A stretch of DNA of 64,000 bases from positions 62,001 through 126,000 of the forward strand of contig NIVC01001257.1 in the NCBI GenBank assembly GCA_002269645.1, written 5' to 3'. Positions within the stretch are counted from its first letter, which is position 1. Every line of letters begins with the position of its first letter. This DNA comes from Macrostomum lignano (taxonomy: Eukaryota). A program made the translations under genes and the position numbers. Under the pieces are notes generated by a model. That model was given only the letters and a program-made list of their open reading frames with translations, did no database searches and had not been told where the DNA came from. Below, piece by piece: positions 60,700-64,000 of this stretch.

Positions 60700-61100
60700 A
60701 TAAAATCAACTGTGAATTAAAAGCTTTACTTTCTTCCCAATGGCTGGCTATATGAAGTTCCCAGGTTCCCTTTTCTCACCAACTTTTTGATGTTCTGCAA
60801 GTCTTTGTTCGGGGCGCAGTAAAATCGCCTTTTTAGAAGAGATTCTTTGCCAGAGGGTCTTCTTTTGATTTCCGTCTGGGGCTTTTGCTTGGCTCTGATT
60901 TTTTATTGCGGGCCTCTGTCTCTTTCTCATCTTTTATTGTTCTGACCATCCACCATCTGCCACCAAAGCCTGTGCTGACCAGCAGGCTCTCGAGAAATAG
61001 ACCGAATTTGTCTATGGTAAAACCCCATTCAACGCTAAGAGCTCTCTTGCTGAGCATACCAAATGCACTACTAGCGATTTATTAATTACAGGCCTCCAGG
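60700..61100 (-). pseudogene. Possible highly decayed RTE-like LINE C-terminal fragment
   Basis: Minus-strand fragments IASSAFGMLSKR and TLWQRISSKKAILLR resemble the xRIxKASxAFGxL and IxWxxRISNxxIL motifs. Heavily disrupted. Confidence 0.3.
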
Positions 61101-61539
61101 TCATTTCTAAGAAATGAACTCATAAAGATCGACACTCACACAGGCTGTACAGTGTGGCCCTTTGACTTTCTAAACTCTAGGAATTTCAGACACGATGAAG
61201 ATTCACATGGGTAACAAAGACAATCTCTATAAATCATCCATCTCGCATCCTGCAATATTAATCATAGGCTACCCATGCTTATTTATCCTTAATTAGGAGG
61301 AGCTCTCTAGATTAAGCTAATTGTTCCAACGGAAGTGCAATATTGTGGGTTTATCTGTCCACTTGGAATCCCCCCTTAGCGAATCCCGCCCAGCCTCTCT
61401 AATTTATGCCTGCCATTGTTTTTCACCATTTCCTGTCCAAGCCCCAGGCCGCTGTCCAATTTTACAGCTTTTTTATTGCCTAATTATTGGCTTTGGCTGC
61501 CTGCCCTGGCCCAGCTGTTCTCCTCTCTCTCTGATCTCC

Positions 61540-61982
61540 CCTGTGATCTCCAGCTTTCCTCTGTGATCTCCCGCTTTCCCCTCTCTGTGATCTCCCGCTT
61601 TCCCTCTCTGTGATCTCCCGCTTTTCCCTCTCTGTGATCTCCCGCTTTCCCCTCTCTGTGATCTCCAGCTTTCCCCTCTCTGTGATCTCCCGCTTTCCCC
61701 TCTCTGTGATCTCCCGCTTTCCCCTCTCTGTGATCTCCAGCTTTCCCCTCTCTGTGATCTCCCGCTTTCCCCTCTCTGTGATCTCCCGCTTTCCCCTCTC
61801 CGTGATCTCCCGCTTTACCCTCTGATCTTCCGCTTTACTCTCTCCGTGATCTCCCGCTTTACCCTCTGATCTTCCGCTTTACTCTCTCCGTGATCTCCCG
61901 CTTTTCCCTCTCTGTGATCTCCCGCTTTCCCTCTGATCTCCCGCTTTTCCTTCTCTGTGATCTCCCGCTTTCCCCTCTCAGA
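61540..61982. repeat. ~24-bp pyrimidine-rich minisatellite
   Basis: tctctgtgatctcccgctttcccc units. Confidence 0.92.
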
Positions 61983-62749
61983 TCTTACCAATCCCTAATT
62001 AGTACAGTTTAACCTCAGCTGGTATGTTTTTAAGTCTCCACTACGGCACTGTGGTCTGGTTATGATGACCGCCTATGCCTAGCAATGCCAATGACAGAAA
62101 CGTGAGACGCAGACCCACAGCAGACAGTTTATGAAGCAGGACACAGCGGCCCGCCAGCGTATGAGCAAATTCTGTGCGGTAAAGTCATTCAAAATACAAA
62201 ACTGAGAAATTCAGTTTCTGTTTAACTTTCGCTCTGATGTTCTTAGTAAAACTTTAAATACTTTATGAACAATAATTTATTTAGCTTAAAATTGTCTGCT
62301 CCATAATTTTTATGCGTGTTTAGATGATCAAATGTGGTGTTTTATTGTTGTGTTTTTTGACGCGAATTTAAATATAACTTCGAGCTAGCGTAAATATACC
62401 TAACGTCAACGAGAACAAAGGATTGCCGAAATTCAATTGCTGAGGTTGTAAAATGTAAGTTTTCTGGACTTGTGGGTTGACAGGGAAATTCTGTGAAATA
62501 AAAGATCATTGGGTGAACTTGCGCATTGGTACTTTAAACTGGCTGCATCCACTAAGGGCCGCTTAATGCTTGGCTTCTGTACAGCTGGCTCAGCTAAATT
62601 GCAAGCATGCAGGATGACAGAGTTTGAACAAATATACATCTAAGAGAAAAGCTACAGAAATGAATAAATTACTAAGATATGGACATGAAAAAAGATGATG
62701 TACAATGACCCCTGCTTCTCAGTGACAGGTAAGCAGACAGGCAAGCTCT

Positions 62750-62763
62750 AAGACAGACAGACA

Positions 62764-62834
<71 letters not shown>

Positions 62835-62838
62835 CAGA
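62750..62838. repeat. (CAGA)n microsatellite
   Basis: Direct reading. Confidence 0.9.
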
Positions 62839-62989
62839 CAACCAAATCCTGAATGCAGCAACACAGACATCTTTACAGTATAAAAGTCACATTTGCACCA
62901 CCAGCTGTCCAGCCGTTCCGAGTCCATTTCTCTTGCGCCGTTAGCGCATCGAATTTAATAATTAGCTGATCGACAGACAAGTCGAAAGC

Positions 62990-64000
62990 TCAGAGCTCTG
63001 AGCTCGCAAACACCCCGCCGCCGCCGCGGTGCTGATAGCCGCTCATGGATTGCAGCTTCAGCTGCTGCTGCTGCTGCTGCTGGTCTTGCAGAAATTTGCC
63101 ACCAGTTGTCAGCCCGCCGCCAAAGCCGTGAGGCTGCTGATGGGGCAGCGGCGGCAGCGGCTGCTGCTGCTGATCCCGACGCCCCGAGCCACCGCTGTCT
63201 CGGCAGCATCCGCCGCCCGTCAGTCCTCTGCCGAGACAGCGACTCCAGGCCGTCAGCGACTTGTCGTTGCACCAGACAAACAGGCAGCAGGGCAGCCCGG
63301 CGGCCAGCGACATGAATATCTTCAGGATGCTCAGCGCTGATGAGGGCCTGGAGTCTGGGCTGCAGCTGCCGTCCTCTGAAGACACCAGGCCGCTGGCGTT
63401 GACGCAGAGAGGTCGGGCAAGGACCTGCGGGTTGCAGTGTTGGGGCGCGAGCGCTTGCAGAGAGGTCTGTTGTTGACAATTTGTTGTTGATCTGTTCCAG
63501 GAACTGCTGGTCATCTAGCCTCTTGTTGTCTAATCTTATCCTTAGACTGTTGAATCACTCCTGGGTATCTAATCTCATCCCTAGATTGTCTAATCTCACC
63601 TGGGTGCCAATTCTCCCCTGGGTGCCAATTCTCCCCTCCTATGTGTCTAATCTCATCCCTAGACTTTCAAATCTCTCTTGTGTGTCTAATCTCATCCCTA
63701 GACTTTCAAATCTCTCTTGTGTGTCTAATCTCATCCCGAGTCTGTCAAATCTCACCTGTGTGTCTAATCTCACCCCGAGACAGTCTAATCTCATCTTGTG
63801 TGTCTAATCTCATCCCTAGACTGTCTAATGTAACCTGGGTGCAAAATTTCACCCCCTATGTGTCTAATTTCATCGCTAATATTTTTAATTAATCTTTCTA
63901 CTATAGTATATTCCGCGTAAGCAACAGCCCACCTTCTCCAGACTAGCAATCCACTTGTCCCTCTCGGCCAGCTCGTACAGGCTGACGGCCAGCACGCAGC
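62990..64000 (-). CDS. Frizzled receptor (Fz4/9/10-like), last two coding exons; gene continues off the right edge
   Basis: Exon >64000-63933 = CVLAVSLYELAERDKWIASLEK (TM6/ECL3; compare CVIACYFYE), donor GTGGGG. The last exon starts at 63466 (caacaacag) or 63514, both in phase 0, and ends at 62990: ...RPSSALSILKIFMSLAAGLPCCLFVWCNDKSLTAWSRC, compared with Fz4 [36 protein letters not shown]. Confidence 0.85.
63520..63880. repeat. 39-bp minisatellite in the Frizzled intron
   Basis: tgtgtctaatctcatccctagactttcaaatctctcttg (63661, 63700). Confidence 0.88.

Overview
Eukaryotic (animal) genomic DNA, not prokaryotic. It has spliced genes with GC-rich exons, AT-rich intergenic DNA, many tandem repeats and many transposon remnants. 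The style (minisatellite-filled introns, polyQ/polyA-rich exons) is reminiscent of the free-living flatworm Macrostomum; this is inference, not identification. Genes I could splice together from GT/AG boundaries with consistent phase are: an MFS-like transporter first exon (415-1044, -); RPS10/eS10 (2816-7784, -, 2 exons); POLDIP2 (30875-33358, +, 3 exons); a complete SLC13/Indy-type Na+/carboxylate cotransporter (36253-43463, +, 9 exons); an LRR-ZU5-ZU5-UPA-death domain PIDD1-like gene (51420-56859, +, 4 exons); and the 3' end of a Frizzled (62990-64000, -). Mobile DNA includes a 5'-truncated LOA/R1-like LINE flanked by a 91-bp direct repeat and interrupted by half of a CACTA/EnSpm-like transposon (19389-26950), a decayed mariner, a young RTE-like LINE with a 9-bp TSD, a 112-bp MITE with an 8-bp TSD, tRNA-derived SINEs and a Gypsy integrase trace. 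Most long ORFs in the supplied track are translations of tandem repeats. The most interesting observations are: 13 of 16 mapped introns each carry their own distinct tandem array, two of which include the splice-site sequence itself; the very long apparent TSD of the LINE; the PIDD-like protein lacking both HFS autocleavage motifs; and an eS10 lacking the DKK ubiquitylation motif. I did not find a clearly new multi-gene system.
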